Shown here piece after piece: positions 11,257 through 22,069 of a stretch of DNA of 64,000 bases. The stretch's first letter is position 1. Each line of letters starts with the position of its first letter. The DNA is from Trypanosoma brucei (taxonomy: Eukaryota), in assembly GCA_000002445.1 (NCBI GenBank), contig CM000208.1:1088001-1152000 (forward strand), read 5' to 3'. Under the pieces are notes generated by a model. The model made no database searches. It saw nothing but the letters and a program-made list of their open reading frames with translations, and had not been told where the DNA came from. Both the position numbers and the translations under genes were made by a program.

Positions 11257-12000
11257 TTAGCATTGCAATGACGCTAAGTCCCGATTGACGCGCACGTGCT
11301 CACCCGGTTTCCATACAGACGTGTCAAGTCTGTAAACGTCAATAAAATCACCCACGTCAGTTTGGATTGGACCATGCTTCAACATGTCACAAGAAGAAAT
11401 GAATTGCGGAACGGTCATGCCGCTGTCGCAAAGTCTCCGAACGAGTTCCTGGAGGGCGTGGATGGTGTTGTCGGCACTTTCCCCTCCTTCATAGTCTTCC
11501 ACAAGTATCCCATTCTGTTGATGGCCCCTAATACAATCAGGGGTGTTTTCGATTATCAGAACCATCTCAAGCGGCCTTCCAAGAACAGCTAAATCCTTCT
11601 GATAACCAGCACAGCCGGTAAACCATTTACTGTGTCGGTAGATGCAATGAGAAACAACCCTGTCCTTGTCGATGTTTCGAATGATCGCCTGAGCATATGC
11701 ACGTAAACCTGCCGTCCAAACGACGACCTCCACACATTTTTCCTTGCACAACTGGAAGAACTCATCAAGCCCTGGCCTCGCGTAAAGAGGGCCTTCGCGA
11801 GCATAAACAAGAGTTTCATCCAAGTCCAATGCTAGGGTAAGTTTGCCGTTGTATCTGGGATCTTGATCAGGAAGCACCCATCTGCTGTTCATCTCCTGAT
11901 TCATCGAGGGCGCACGTTGCCGAGTCCTTCGCAACGCTGCACATTGGTACTCCTGCTTAAATGAAGCACCACGAATTCTTTGGCGAGGGACAGTAGACAT
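11257..12000 (-). CDS. FCP1-homology / NIF-family phosphatase (CTD small-phosphatase-like, HAD superfamily)
   Basis: It contains LTLALDLDETLVYA (the DxDx(T/V) catalytic signature of FCP/SCP/Dullard phosphatases) and the downstream VVVWTAG and IIENTP family motifs. The ORF track starts at a GTG at 12114. The first real ATG is at 12000..11998 (MSTVPRQRIRG...). It is preceded on the coding strand by a long pyrimidine tract and AG sites. Confidence 0.8.
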   Translation of the reverse strand: MSTVPRQRIRGASFKQEYQCAALRRTRQRAPSMNQEMNSRWVLPDQDPRYNGKLTLALDLDETLVYAREGPLYARPGLDEFFQLCKEKCVEVVVWTAGLRAYAQAIIRNIDKDRVVSHCIYRHSKWFTGCAGYQKDLAVLGRPLEMVLIIENTPDCIRGHQQNGILVEDYEGGESADNTIHALQELVRRLCDSGMTVPQFISSCDMLKHGPIQTDVGDFIDVYRLDTSVWKPGEHVRVNRDLASLQC

Positions 12001-15000
12001 AGCCACAGATAACGTAATGAAATTGATAATCACTGGCACAGATAAGAAATTCCCAAGGGGAAACAGTACCCTCCTAACCTGCAAACACTGACAAGTGCTC
12101 TTTGTGTCGCTCACCTACTCTTCAATATCAAGTTAACATCAATAAAATATGTAACATACGAAGCGTCGGGACCGAAAGTCAAATATATATATATATATAT
12201 TATCATTATTATAACAGTGTTAATTATGCCAGAAACACTGCATCCCTCGAAAATTTGCAACCGAGTAGCGGAGTTTTCAAGAACGAAAAATCTAATAACA
12301 GTTTCACACAAAAAAATCATAACAACGTATCATACAAAACAATCAAGAAATAAAAGAAAACAACATTCATTTCGTTAAAGTTTGCTTTGGTGATTAATAT
12401 ATTAACAATGGAGTAAATGAAACTGTACATCGAAATAAACCCCACCATTTATGGGTGAACGATAAGTCTACTCATCAAAACATAATAACCAATGCCTCAG
12501 GGTTGGGTAAGTACAATATATACTTTCACACCTCCTCACCGGGGACTGAATGAACTAAACGATCGTTACTCCATCCCACCTTCACGTAACAGCCAAACGG
12601 AAATTCATCGGCATAAGCTAAAGCTGTTATTGCTAACGTGGAGCCTGCAGATAGCAAATCAACCGCTAAAACCCCAAAAAGATCACCGTCAGATAAGGCC
12701 TAACACAAGACCATACCATGCCTGCGGAGCACGTGTTCGAAAGTAGATGACAGCTACATTTTCTAAACCACCTGATATCTACATACATGACATCGTCCAC
12801 ATTCACATGCACGAAAAATGATCAGCGACAACACGGTCCCAACAGCGCGGAACCAAAGGCCCAAAGATGTCTAACAGGAAAAAAGGTTTATTACGGTCAA
12901 AAGAAGCAAGACAATACTGGTGAAAAAATAGGGCGTGACATCAATCCTACAAACGTATAAATATCGAGGCGGCACCTTTAAGCAATAAAAGGGTGGCTTC
13001 GGTGAAAATACACATCATTGTTTCGCCGGACAAACATGCTAACTTAGCACGCACACGCGCTCATACACACATAGGCATGTCGGCCCAGTATAAACAAGCA
13101 GACATCGGTTGTTCCGGGTAAAATGTTTATAATCAAATATGAAAAAAAATAAACGAAACATGGAAAGGAGGGTCCTGAGATAAAATTCGTCTCAACAAAG
13201 ACCCATCCACCAAGCTCCCGAATGCACTATGTAACAGAGTTACTCTAGTTACCGGCACGCGTGCTTACACGAATGTTACGTCCATCCTTTTGAGTAGTTA
13301 CTCACAAAGAAGACGACACCTCCACAGCACCCAGCCGGGAAATAACGGGGTCAAGATAAATAGAGATGCTTAATTTTGAGCGGGCATGAGTATGATCACA
13401 AAAACAATCCGTTAGCGCATTTTCAAATAGCAAACGTCCGTAAGGGCGCAACGAAGCCGTTGGCAGCAGTCAACAGCACATATGCATTTATAAATCTCCG
13501 AAAATAGAGGAATTACATCAACTAGGCCCATTTTGACAGACACAGTGGACCACGCGCTTGGCCGCCAGCTAACAAACGAGCGATAGGCAGCATTCTTTTG
13601 ACTTCCCATTCTTCCACCAGGGCCTCTGGCGGCGCCCGCCCACATGAAAGTTGGATGCCACGGCAACTATATCCTACGAGGTTGAACTCCCCGCAATGCA
13701 GCGAGTCTTGTAGGAGCGAACCCCCAGTAAGGTCCACGGTTCGTAGAACAACTGCTCTCCCTATTCATTTGACATTCGTTCCACTCCGCCCACGTCAATG
13801 AACGACAAAAGGTAGCCTCTGACATTGCTCAAATGACAAGAACAATTCTTTAGTGTTTTTTTTCTGAGAACATACACCACGCTAAATTTTTCTTTTTAAG
13901 TGCTTCATACACGAACTTGCCACTTTTGGCGAAATAGTACAACGGAGCCTCAACGATGGTTCCACAAATTTTTTTAAAAAATGGGCAAAAAAAAAATGTC
14001 AACAAGATGACGGCCAAATACACGAAAATGAGTGAGCCGCTTCCACGGGCACAGACAAACAAGCTGCCAGAAAGGAACAGAAGTCAGCCGCCCAGCCGAA
14101 CCTCCTCCACATCACCCAGACACTTTTTTGAGGCGGCTGCACTGCACGACCTAGAGTCCGCCCTGGTCTACAGTCGAAAGATGTACGGGGCAGCGCCAAA
14201 CCCTTGCCAACATTAATGACTACTGAAATGCGGGGAAACCTTCCGGCCGGTACGAGAGCGTGTCCCCAGGAGATTATTCATAGGGACAAAGTGGACTTCT
14301 GCCTTTTTCAGGGAGACACGCACGAGGGTCAGAGGAAGCACCCTGTCAAACGACCATGGTCACCGGTTCATTGGTTCTGAGTGCCCCAAAACGAACAATT
14401 GCGACGGGTCAGTGCCCGTTTGGGATGGAGTCGCCGCGCAGTTGAGATAGCTGAGACGGGTCAGGCTTTGGACGGCATGGTCGCTACGCAGTGCTCCCAA
14501 ACAATCAGCAGCCAGTTGTGACATCTGTCTCCTTCCCCCAAGGTCCCGGAAATTCGTAGGGAAAGTTCAGGGTGACTTTTCGAGAACCAAGACACGGAAA
14601 TAATCACAGCAGCGGCAAAACTTCACCACGCTGCCAGAGATTCCCCCGTTCCGGGACATGCAGACAGCAAGCCGATAGCAGATTGATGACTAGAACAGGG
14701 CTTTGCGGTTGGCGGCAACGGGCCCCGAACCGGACTGAAATAAGTATAAGTCTGCGCCTTTCCCATGGAATTTATCCCCTTTTTTTTCCACTGCGAGACG
14801 ACGGCGAGCCAAAATCGGGTGAACCCTGGACCGCGCTAACAACCAGATCATATTCTGTTTAACGGTCAGGGGCGCTGCTAAAGAAAAGGATTGTGTATTA
14901 TGAACGCCAAATGACCCCGTCCCCGCGGGTGTAGTGAAGGAGAAAAGCGAAATGGCAAATGCCCCTGAGCAAAGTGCGGTTGAGGCAAAGAAAAAGGGCT

Positions 15001-16474
15001 TTAAAGGGCAGCGAAGAATTGAAACAGACACTTCGATATCACTGCGTTTGCTATTCTCGTAGCGCTGGGAAAATCAATTCCAAAAGAGAGCTGTTGCGGC
15101 ACGGCCTGAACACCAAACCTCACTTCCGTCGGAGGGAGAATAGGGCAGTGTGCAAAATCGGAGATGCGACGCCCGTCGCGTGGAGGAGGGCCTTAGCTTA
15201 AACAGATGAATAAGGATAAAGAGATGGAGGCTTCCACAATATTCGGATGAGGGAAGAGCAGTTGGGTGCTGAATCAGATCCCCGGGAGACCCCCGCCGGC
15301 TGCAGGCGCTAAGATTACCCGCGGTAACACGCTGAAAAAGCGGCTACGGGAACGAGTGTTGGTGAATATACATGAGAACCTTTTCAGGAAGATACCAGCA
15401 ACTCTGCGAATCTTAATCCCCAGTACCACGAGTTATCAACTTCGGTGGTGCGCGACCGCTATGCGGGAGAACGGTGGGGTGCTTCACAGGTGCGTCGGGA
15501 CAAAAGGACACGGAGCTTGCTCTGTGACAGAGGCAACGGAGACGACCCCGGAACGATACGGTGTTCTCCCGCGGTTTCCACCCCTTTTCTTTCATATTAA
15601 AACTCCTGTGGCGGAAACCCCTGCGGGACCGAGGTCACAAAAGTCGCTGCCTTTTTTACTGGGAACAAAACACAAGGAAACGGTTAGTGGCGTAAAGTTT
15701 CGGTCCACGGAGTCGGAAATGTCCGGAAAAAAACGCACGCATAGGAGTCCAACCGTTGTGTGAGGAAGGTTCTGATTTGGGTGAAGTATCCACGGAATGC
15801 AAGAGCGAACCCTCCACGCTCATTGCTGGTTGTGGTGTTCTGCGGCGACATGCTGTCCAGCGCGTAATCCAGGCGAAAGACTTGCGAGTGTGAATACGAT
15901 GGCACCGCACAACGATTTTTCTCAACTTCATCTTCGTGAATTCGGTTGTGCTCTAAAGGAAATATCACATATTGCACTCTAGAGTATCGGAAGGGCCGCA
16001 GCGCGTCACGACCCAACGGGTGTGCTTAGTATCAGGGGGCGAACTAAGTGCAGCTGAGCCGTGCCTTGAAAAGTTAGTTCCCATACCTGGTTTAAAAACA
16101 GGAGTGTAAACATCCGCAGCGCGTTGTTTCGCTGTAGAGTATCGTGTGGGAGGTAGTTTAGCGACTTTGATTTGCCCCTTTTAAAAAACATTACGTTTAA
16201 TATTTTCAAATCTACTTTTGAATACCGAATTGTTGTTTTTCATCACTCACCTAATGTGGCATGGGAGTAATTCACATGATGTGACCCTACAAGGCGATCA
16301 AGATCTTTACAATAATAGCAATAATAATAATAGATTGTATGTGCCGTTATACTGTCATCCCTATCTCATTATCAACCGGTCTTGTGTTGATGTATGGTAC
16401 AACGAACCTCGGAAGTTTCCCTATAGTTTAACTACCACTTGCGATTGATATCCTCATCTTATTCTGCTTTAGTC
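12001..16474. other. Divergent strand-switch region (minus-strand genes to the left, plus-strand genes to the right); a presumptive RNA polymerase II transcription start zone
   Basis: No ORF in this 4.4-kb region exceeds 165 aa and none look protein-like. Gene orientation flips across it. It includes an A-rich part (12.1-14.2 kb) and a GC-rich complex part (14.2-16.1 kb). Confidence 0.6.
12183..12200. repeat. (AT)9 microsatellite
   Basis: atatatatatatatatat read directly. Confidence 0.9.
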
Positions 16475-19069
16475 ATGTCATCCAAGCAGGAGAGAATAGC
16501 CGATGCTATGAAGGAGCGCGTCACCCAACTAGAAAGGGAATTGAGGGAATGCCAGCAGCAGCTACAGGAGGCGTTGCAAAGAGGTGATGATATACAGTGC
16601 GCCAAGGAAGCGTTACAGTGCGAAGCCCATGATATTGTGGATCAGTGGTCTAGAAAAACAGCAGAGTTGCAGACAAAACTCAACGAATGCTTATGTGAAC
16701 TAAGTGAAGCTCGTCGTTTAATTGCACTTTCTGAGGATAGGAACACTGGACTGCAAAATCAGCTTCAACAGTTGGAGGCACACCATTTATCTCAGTTTCA
16801 AGAGTTAGAGAAATATGAAACACAAAACAAGGAACTTTCGGAGAAACTGGCTGCGACGGAAAGAAGTTTGTGTTTTGCCTCTCAGCAAGTAGGTGCCATG
16901 GAGGGGCGCGTCAACGAAATGGTTGCAGAAATCGAGCAGAAGAGTGAACAAATCACGTCACTTTCCCGAAAGGAGGACATGCTCGCGGAGGCGTTGTTGG
17001 AGCTTCAAAAAAGCAGGAAACAAGCAGAGACTATATATAATGAGGGAAGGGAAAGAGTTTCCCTGCTTGACGATGAGCTTTCACGTGCGAAACGACTATT
17101 GGCGCGCACGAGAGATGCATTGCTTCTCACAGAGCAGGAGGTATTTTGCCGGTGTAAAATTATCGCTGATGAAGCAAACACTATGGTTGGGGCTCTATTT
17201 AATCAACTGCTTTCTGCGATTCACAGTAACGAGTCATATGGGGAAGCCCTGAAAGAAGCTCAACATAATAGTGCCTCTCTGGCAGAAGAAAATGGGCTGC
17301 TTCTGCTGAAACTACAGGAAGCGGAACAGGATCTGTCCAAGCTGCGCGTCGAGCAAGGGCAAGAAACTGCAACGTGCCGAGAGCAAATACGGCTACTCGA
17401 ACTAGACGTGAGGGAACTTCAGGACGCACGAATAAACTGGTCTCGTGAACTAGAAGCCGTGCAAAATGAACTAGGTAGATCCGAGACCAATCGCCACACT
17501 CTTGAGGAGTCGAAAATGAGCCTCAACGCGGAGCTAAAGATTGTTAAGGATTGTTATAGCACCCTGCTCGTGGAGCACGATGAACTAAAGATATCAGTTC
17601 AGATAATGCGACGGGAGTCAGAAGCAGAGATTTCGCGGCTAGTGACAGAGAAGGCCAGCGCTATGAATAGTTACGAAATGAAATTGCAAGAGGTATGTAT
17701 GAGAAACACAACCCTGAACCAAATTTTGAAATTCAAAGAGCATGAGATGTTGTGTCACAGAGAATCTAACGGACGTCAGTCCATTTTGGTCGAGAACTAT
17801 CATGAGTTGGTGGGCCTGACGCAACTTTATATTAGTAAATGTGAATTCATTCACAGCAGAATGTATAATCAGGTTTTGGACAGCAGGGAAAAAATAGCAT
17901 CTTTAACTCAAACTATAAGCGAGAAACAACTGGAAAACAGCAAGCTCGTTTCAATTGCTAGGGACTTGGAGGAGAAGGTTACTTCAGCTCAAAACGACGC
18001 TAAGATGTTTCGATCGAAGGTAGTAGAACTATCTACTGCTCTCAACTCGAACAGAGAGGAAGCTGATAATCTCGTCAGTGAAAATAAGTGGCTTAGTGAT
18101 CAAGTTTTCGGCATGCGTGAAGAACTACGTGACATTGATGTCTTATTCAACTGCACACTCAATGACATGCGAGAGCAAGGTGAAAATCAGCAAAGAGAAC
18201 GTGAAATGTTATCTGAAGAGGTTAATCGTTACGAAAAGCTTTTGCAAAAATCCCAGCAGAAAATAAGTAGATGCGAGGAACGATGTTCTGTTTTTGCTGC
18301 CGAAAAGGCCGCAATGTTGAAAACTTTGACGCTGGCAGAAGAGGAGCTTCTCACAGCAAAGTCAGAGTGTTCTCGTGCTCGCGAGCGCGAACAATTTTCT
18401 TTGAAAGAGAAGGGTATTCTTGAAAAGGAACTTTCGCAAATGAGAAGGGATTATGTTAGTTCAACAAATCAGGTCAAAGCGCTAATGGAAGAGTTGAGAA
18501 CCCATGATGTTAAACAACAATTAATGAACTCGTCATCTCGCACAGAAGTGGAAGCAACGAAAACGAAACTGAATACATACATAGAATTGTATGAGAACGC
18601 TAACGTCCAAGTTGCGCAACTCACAAAATCTCTGCAGGAATCTCGAGATGCTTATGACAACTTACATGAGTCACACCAAAAAGCGAAGGTTGCGTTGGAG
18701 GATGCCAAGCAACGTTGTTGCCATGACGCGCAAGAAATACAAAAGGCATTGGAAGAACGCCAGCGCATAGCAAGTGAACGAGACACATTGGTGGAAAAGT
18801 ACAACAAGGTTCATGATGTGCTCAAGTTAATAAAAAAAGAGAACTCTGGGACTATGGCTGAAGAAGTACGAAAACTATCCGATCTTTGTTCTCAGCAAGA
18901 AGCTGAACTACAAGAACTGCGTCACCAAAATGTGATACTAAAGCGTGGCATCGTGAAAGTGGCGGATGAAACTCACAATCCCGTAGAAAGGGGAAAGTTT
19001 GTAGAACGCCTCAACCTCGCCGAGGGTCCACTTCGTCGACCGAAGAAGCGTCCTGCAACAGATTCTTGA
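16475..19069 (+). CDS. Coiled-coil protein (864 aa), function unknown
   Basis: Long ORF with strong heptad, E/L/K/Q-rich composition. The listed ORF start 16439 is a TTG. The first ATG is at 16475 (MSSKQERIADAMKER...), preceded by tcctcatcttattctgctttag, a pyrimidine tract plus AG. Confidence 0.75.
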   Translation: MSSKQERIADAMKERVTQLERELRECQQQLQEALQRGDDIQCAKEALQCEAHDIVDQWSRKTAELQTKLNECLCELSEARRLIALSEDRNTGLQNQLQQLEAHHLSQFQELEKYETQNKELSEKLAATERSLCFASQQVGAMEGRVNEMVAEIEQKSEQITSLSRKEDMLAEALLELQKSRKQAETIYNEGRERVSLLDDELSRAKRLLARTRDALLLTEQEVFCRCKIIADEANTMVGALFNQLLSAIHSNESYGEALKEAQHNSASLAEENGLLLLKLQEAEQDLSKLRVEQGQETATCREQIRLLELDVRELQDARINWSRELEAVQNELGRSETNRHTLEESKMSLNAELKIVKDCYSTLLVEHDELKISVQIMRRESEAEISRLVTEKASAMNSYEMKLQEVCMRNTTLNQILKFKEHEMLCHRESNGRQSILVENYHELVGLTQLYISKCEFIHSRMYNQVLDSREKIASLTQTISEKQLENSKLVSIARDLEEKVTSAQNDAKMFRSKVVELSTALNSNREEADNLVSENKWLSDQVFGMREELRDIDVLFNCTLNDMREQGENQQREREMLSEEVNRYEKLLQKSQQKISRCEERCSVFAAEKAAMLKTLTLAEEELLTAKSECSRAREREQFSLKEKGILEKELSQMRRDYVSSTNQVKALMEELRTHDVKQQLMNSSSRTEVEATKTKLNTYIELYENANVQVAQLTKSLQESRDAYDNLHESHQKAKVALEDAKQRCCHDAQEIQKALEERQRIASERDTLVEKYNKVHDVLKLIKKENSGTMAEEVRKLSDLCSQQEAELQELRHQNVILKRGIVKVADETHNPVERGKFVERLNLAEGPLRRPKKRPATDS

Positions 19070-19427
19070 GTAGAAGTTGTATAAACTTTTTACTAGATAC
19101 TACTGTACAAACATTGGCGGGAAATGCCTTAGATTCATTTTTTTTTAAAAAAAAGAAAAGGTAAGGTAACTCGACGATGTGCTTCTCTTCTGTTTGTGCG
19201 TCCACATTAGATTGGGGCGTTTCTTTCTATGCGTCCCCGTGCATTTATATACGTGTGTCCCTGTGATGTAAACTACTTCTCCTGTCTTTGCTTGAATTTA
19301 GCAAAGATACTTCGGTTTTCCTTGCACAAGTTACCGGCGACTACAAGGGTCAACGCGCATATCCGAGCACGGTGCGCCCCCAAGGGGCTCTTACGGTTAT
19401 CACCGTCCTATTTTTGATTTTGGTGGT

Positions 19428-20411
19428 ATGGAAAGCAGATGCCTGAGTAGCGCTACGTACACCCAAAAATGTGTCGAGTTGGACCGCCTGATTCGCAACC
19501 ATCTTATACAATGTCACATAGTCATCAAAGCATTGAAAACCCGACTTCATGATGCGGAGGAAGATGTAAAAAGGCTTAAGCACGATCGTTGCCTACTAAT
19601 GACCAAACTGACGGAAGAAAAATCAAAGTGCGAAACTCTAAAGTCAGTACATGCCGACCTGGAAAAAGTCAGTGCAAACGAATTCCATCGCCAACAGAAG
19701 GCTATCCAGGAGAGGGAAAGGGAGCTTCAAGTGCGTACCAAACACTTAGACGTTAGGGCAAAAGAGTGTGAGCGGTGGGCGCATCACTTAAAAGGAATGG
19801 AGGACAAGCTTTTTGCGCAGCAGATTCGGCTCGAGTCGATTAAAGCTTCGCTTGAAGGTGACATGGAATTGGTACATAGGTGGGTAGAGGGAGGTTACGG
19901 TCGTACCGAAAACTTAGGGAGGGAGTCGAGACACTTTCTTGAAAGATCCAACTCTCAGGCCTTGTGTACCAGGCATTGTAGGTGTGATGCCGAAGCTGCC
20001 TTCTGCAACGAACGAGAGTGTTTTTACCTTGAGAAGGAAGAAACCCTGCAGCGGCTGTCTATCATGCAGCAGGAGTTATTTTTTGTAAATAAGATTATTT
20101 CTTCGCGAGTTTCGCACGTGCTGCTTGTCGAAGAGAATTTGATGGGAGTTCAAACATGGATCAACAGAAAGGACTTTCGAGACTCTGTGCCTATTAGAAC
20201 TAAAGGTGAAGGACCCGTTTACTCCAAACTCACGGAAGGACAGCTAACAAACTCAAAAGGGTGGATGACAGGGGGGCAGTATGTGGAGTACCCCAATGCG
20301 TCAGAAAGCGTCAATTCTTTAGAGGTCGGTTTGTCGTTGAAAGCAGAAGAGTCTCATTTAGATAGATTGAAACAGTTTGAAAAACTTCTGACCATGTCCC
20401 TAGAAGAGTAA
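19428..20411 (+). CDS. Hypothetical protein (327 aa), coiled-coil N-terminal half
   Basis: ATG start verified at 19428. Same strand and spacing as the flanking genes. No recognisable domain. Confidence 0.55.
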   Translation: MESRCLSSATYTQKCVELDRLIRNHLIQCHIVIKALKTRLHDAEEDVKRLKHDRCLLMTKLTEEKSKCETLKSVHADLEKVSANEFHRQQKAIQERERELQVRTKHLDVRAKECERWAHHLKGMEDKLFAQQIRLESIKASLEGDMELVHRWVEGGYGRTENLGRESRHFLERSNSQALCTRHCRCDAEAAFCNERECFYLEKEETLQRLSIMQQELFFVNKIISSRVSHVLLVEENLMGVQTWINRKDFRDSVPIRTKGEGPVYSKLTEGQLTNSKGWMTGGQYVEYPNASESVNSLEVGLSLKAEESHLDRLKQFEKLLTMSLEE

Positions 20412-20668
20412 TTTGTAGATATCCGTACTGTTCAAGTGATAAGTCACAGATGCAGCATTATGTTTCACACTTTTTTGCGAGTTGTTTATTTTAGCCCTCT
20501 TTTCACATACAGCGGTCCACCTTCCCCCTGCGTGCCCACGGGAAGAACACTTTACCGTCGTTACCAATGGCTGCGCTGCCATTTATTCTGGACACGCACA
20601 CATAGTTCTATTGATTACAAAATGCTTCCCCTCGTTTTAATTGTTGCGACACTCTGATTTTTTTGTCC

Positions 20669-20699
20669 GAATTCCTGGTGGGTTCGTCACCAGGAATTC
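20669..20699 (+). other. Perfect 12-bp inverted repeat (gaattcctggtg / caccaggaattc) with a 7-nt loop; a potential RNA/DNA hairpin in the intergenic or UTR region
   Basis: Read directly. Arms are at 20669..20680 and 20688..20699, with the loop ggttcgt. Confidence 0.8.
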
Positions 20700-20863
20700 A
20701 GTAAAAGAGACGTTTAAAAGATTTGTTGTCGGGTGCGTCTGTAATAGTACTCTCAATCACCTGATTGCTGGGTTGCAAGTGCCTAACCAAACGCGCTCTT
20801 CGTTTGTGTTTTGATCATCTCCTCTCTTTAATAATTGTGCAGCGCGCTACAGTAGCATTCACG

Positions 20864-21793
20864 ATGTCGTACCGGCGAAAGGTCTCTTCGATTATACAGC
20901 TGAGTACCCTCCGGCAGCTGCAGCTCATGTGCAATGCCGAGGCCATGTCGTTACCTTTTCAAGTTCATAATGCTCAAGCGCTACTTGAGCAACTGAAGGT
21001 TTATCATCCGGCAAAGTATGAACAGTTCTCGAAGAATCCTACTACACAGGAATTTGTTCCAAGTAGGGTTATTTCCAATGCTGATGGCGGTAGCGTTACC
21101 AAAGGGGCACCGATTTTTACCCTGCCTTTGCCGAAGCACTTTATAAACCCTACCGATAGCGCAGAAGACATTATTCCACGCACCTTTTATCACTCATCAG
21201 TGGCGAGAGTAGTTGCCGACCCTGACGCGGAATGTTACCTACCCCGCTGTGGTTTGACAGGTCTATTTTTTTCTAGAGAGGAAGTCGTGGATAATCTTCA
21301 AGCCGCTGCTGCGGAGCTGCACTTTAGATCACCCTTCTGGATTCGAACTGACCACCCAGCACTCGGTGATTTTCTCACACTCAAGGATGACAGTGAGGCG
21401 ATCTGCATAAGTCTGACGGCAGCTGTGATCAGTATAGAAGACGTGGAACCCTTTCCCGTTGACCTGTTGCACCCTAAGCTCAAACAAGCCTTGGCTCTGG
21501 GTAAGCATGCTTTTTCCGAACAGATACCTCCTGGCATGAACGCGCTATCGGGGTTTGTTACTAAAAATCCATTTGTACAAAGCTTACCTAACGGTGGTGT
21601 GTGGTTGTCACATAAACAAGTGCTACAACAGAGCTTTCAAATTAAGAAGAAATCATCCGCCGGTGAGAGCCCCTTCGTTTTAGCAGAGATAGAGCAATGG
21701 GAGCTTCACAATGCTGACCAGCTCTCCGTTCCAGGGAGATTGGCTCTTAATCACAACGCCAACAATTCGAAACGTACTTCAGTGTTTACGTAG
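20864..21793 (+). CDS. Hypothetical protein (309 aa)
   Basis: The ORF track starts at a TTG at 20765. The first ATG is at 20864 (MSYRRKVSS...). No recognisable domain. Confidence 0.5.
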   Translation: MSYRRKVSSIIQLSTLRQLQLMCNAEAMSLPFQVHNAQALLEQLKVYHPAKYEQFSKNPTTQEFVPSRVISNADGGSVTKGAPIFTLPLPKHFINPTDSAEDIIPRTFYHSSVARVVADPDAECYLPRCGLTGLFFSREEVVDNLQAAAAELHFRSPFWIRTDHPALGDFLTLKDDSEAICISLTAAVISIEDVEPFPVDLLHPKLKQALALGKHAFSEQIPPGMNALSGFVTKNPFVQSLPNGGVWLSHKQVLQQSFQIKKKSSAGESPFVLAEIEQWELHNADQLSVPGRLALNHNANNSKRTSVFT

Positions 21794-22069
21794 TTTCAGC
21801 ACGTTTATGCATCTCCTTGTGCTTGCGCACAGACAGCCAACCATCAGAAACCATAGAGTGCCGCATAGTGGCGGCAGCGACGATGTTATGCGTGGAGTGT
21901 CCGGCTCCAACACGTTTTGTTGGTGCCGCGGGGATTTCCATGTAGTGGAAGTGAACAGCGCAGCGTATTTTCTGATTACTCTTCCCTCCGTCTATTTGAT
22001 TTTCCAACAAACAATCGCCCCTTCCCATGTTTGACAAGCAGTGACATTAGGTCTTAAACATTTGCTGTA

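Noticed and set aside
15266-15763. A 165-aa ORF in the GC-rich part of the divergent strand-switch region
   Set aside because: No protein-like composition or motif, Pro/Arg/Gly-rich as expected from GC-rich noncoding DNA, and overlapped by antisense ORFs of similar length.
16439-16474. N-terminal extensions in the ORF track at 16439, 20765, 23776, 27460, 36396, 12114, 46657, 47778, 49545, 58471 and 63922
   Set aside because: Inspecting the nucleotides shows these listed starts are TTG or GTG, not ATG. I moved the starts to the first in-frame ATG, which in each case follows a pyrimidine tract plus AG. Where no ATG exists (63922), the frame runs off the window.
12001-16474. tRNA, snRNA or 5S genes in the strand-switch regions (also searched in 37581..44323)
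   Set aside because: I scanned by eye for GGTTCGAATCC / GTTCAAATC-type T-loops with flanking stems and for A-box motifs. The only near matches (12735 gtgttcgaaag; 38285 gggttcaaattg; RC of 21335 ggattcgaact, which lies in coding DNA) lack complementary stems. No candidate survives, but a covariance-model scan would be more reliable.
21335-21350. ggattcgaactgacc, whose reverse complement resembles a tRNA T-loop (agttcgaatcc)
   Set aside because: It is inside the 20864..21793 coding sequence and has no acceptor or T-stem complementarity.
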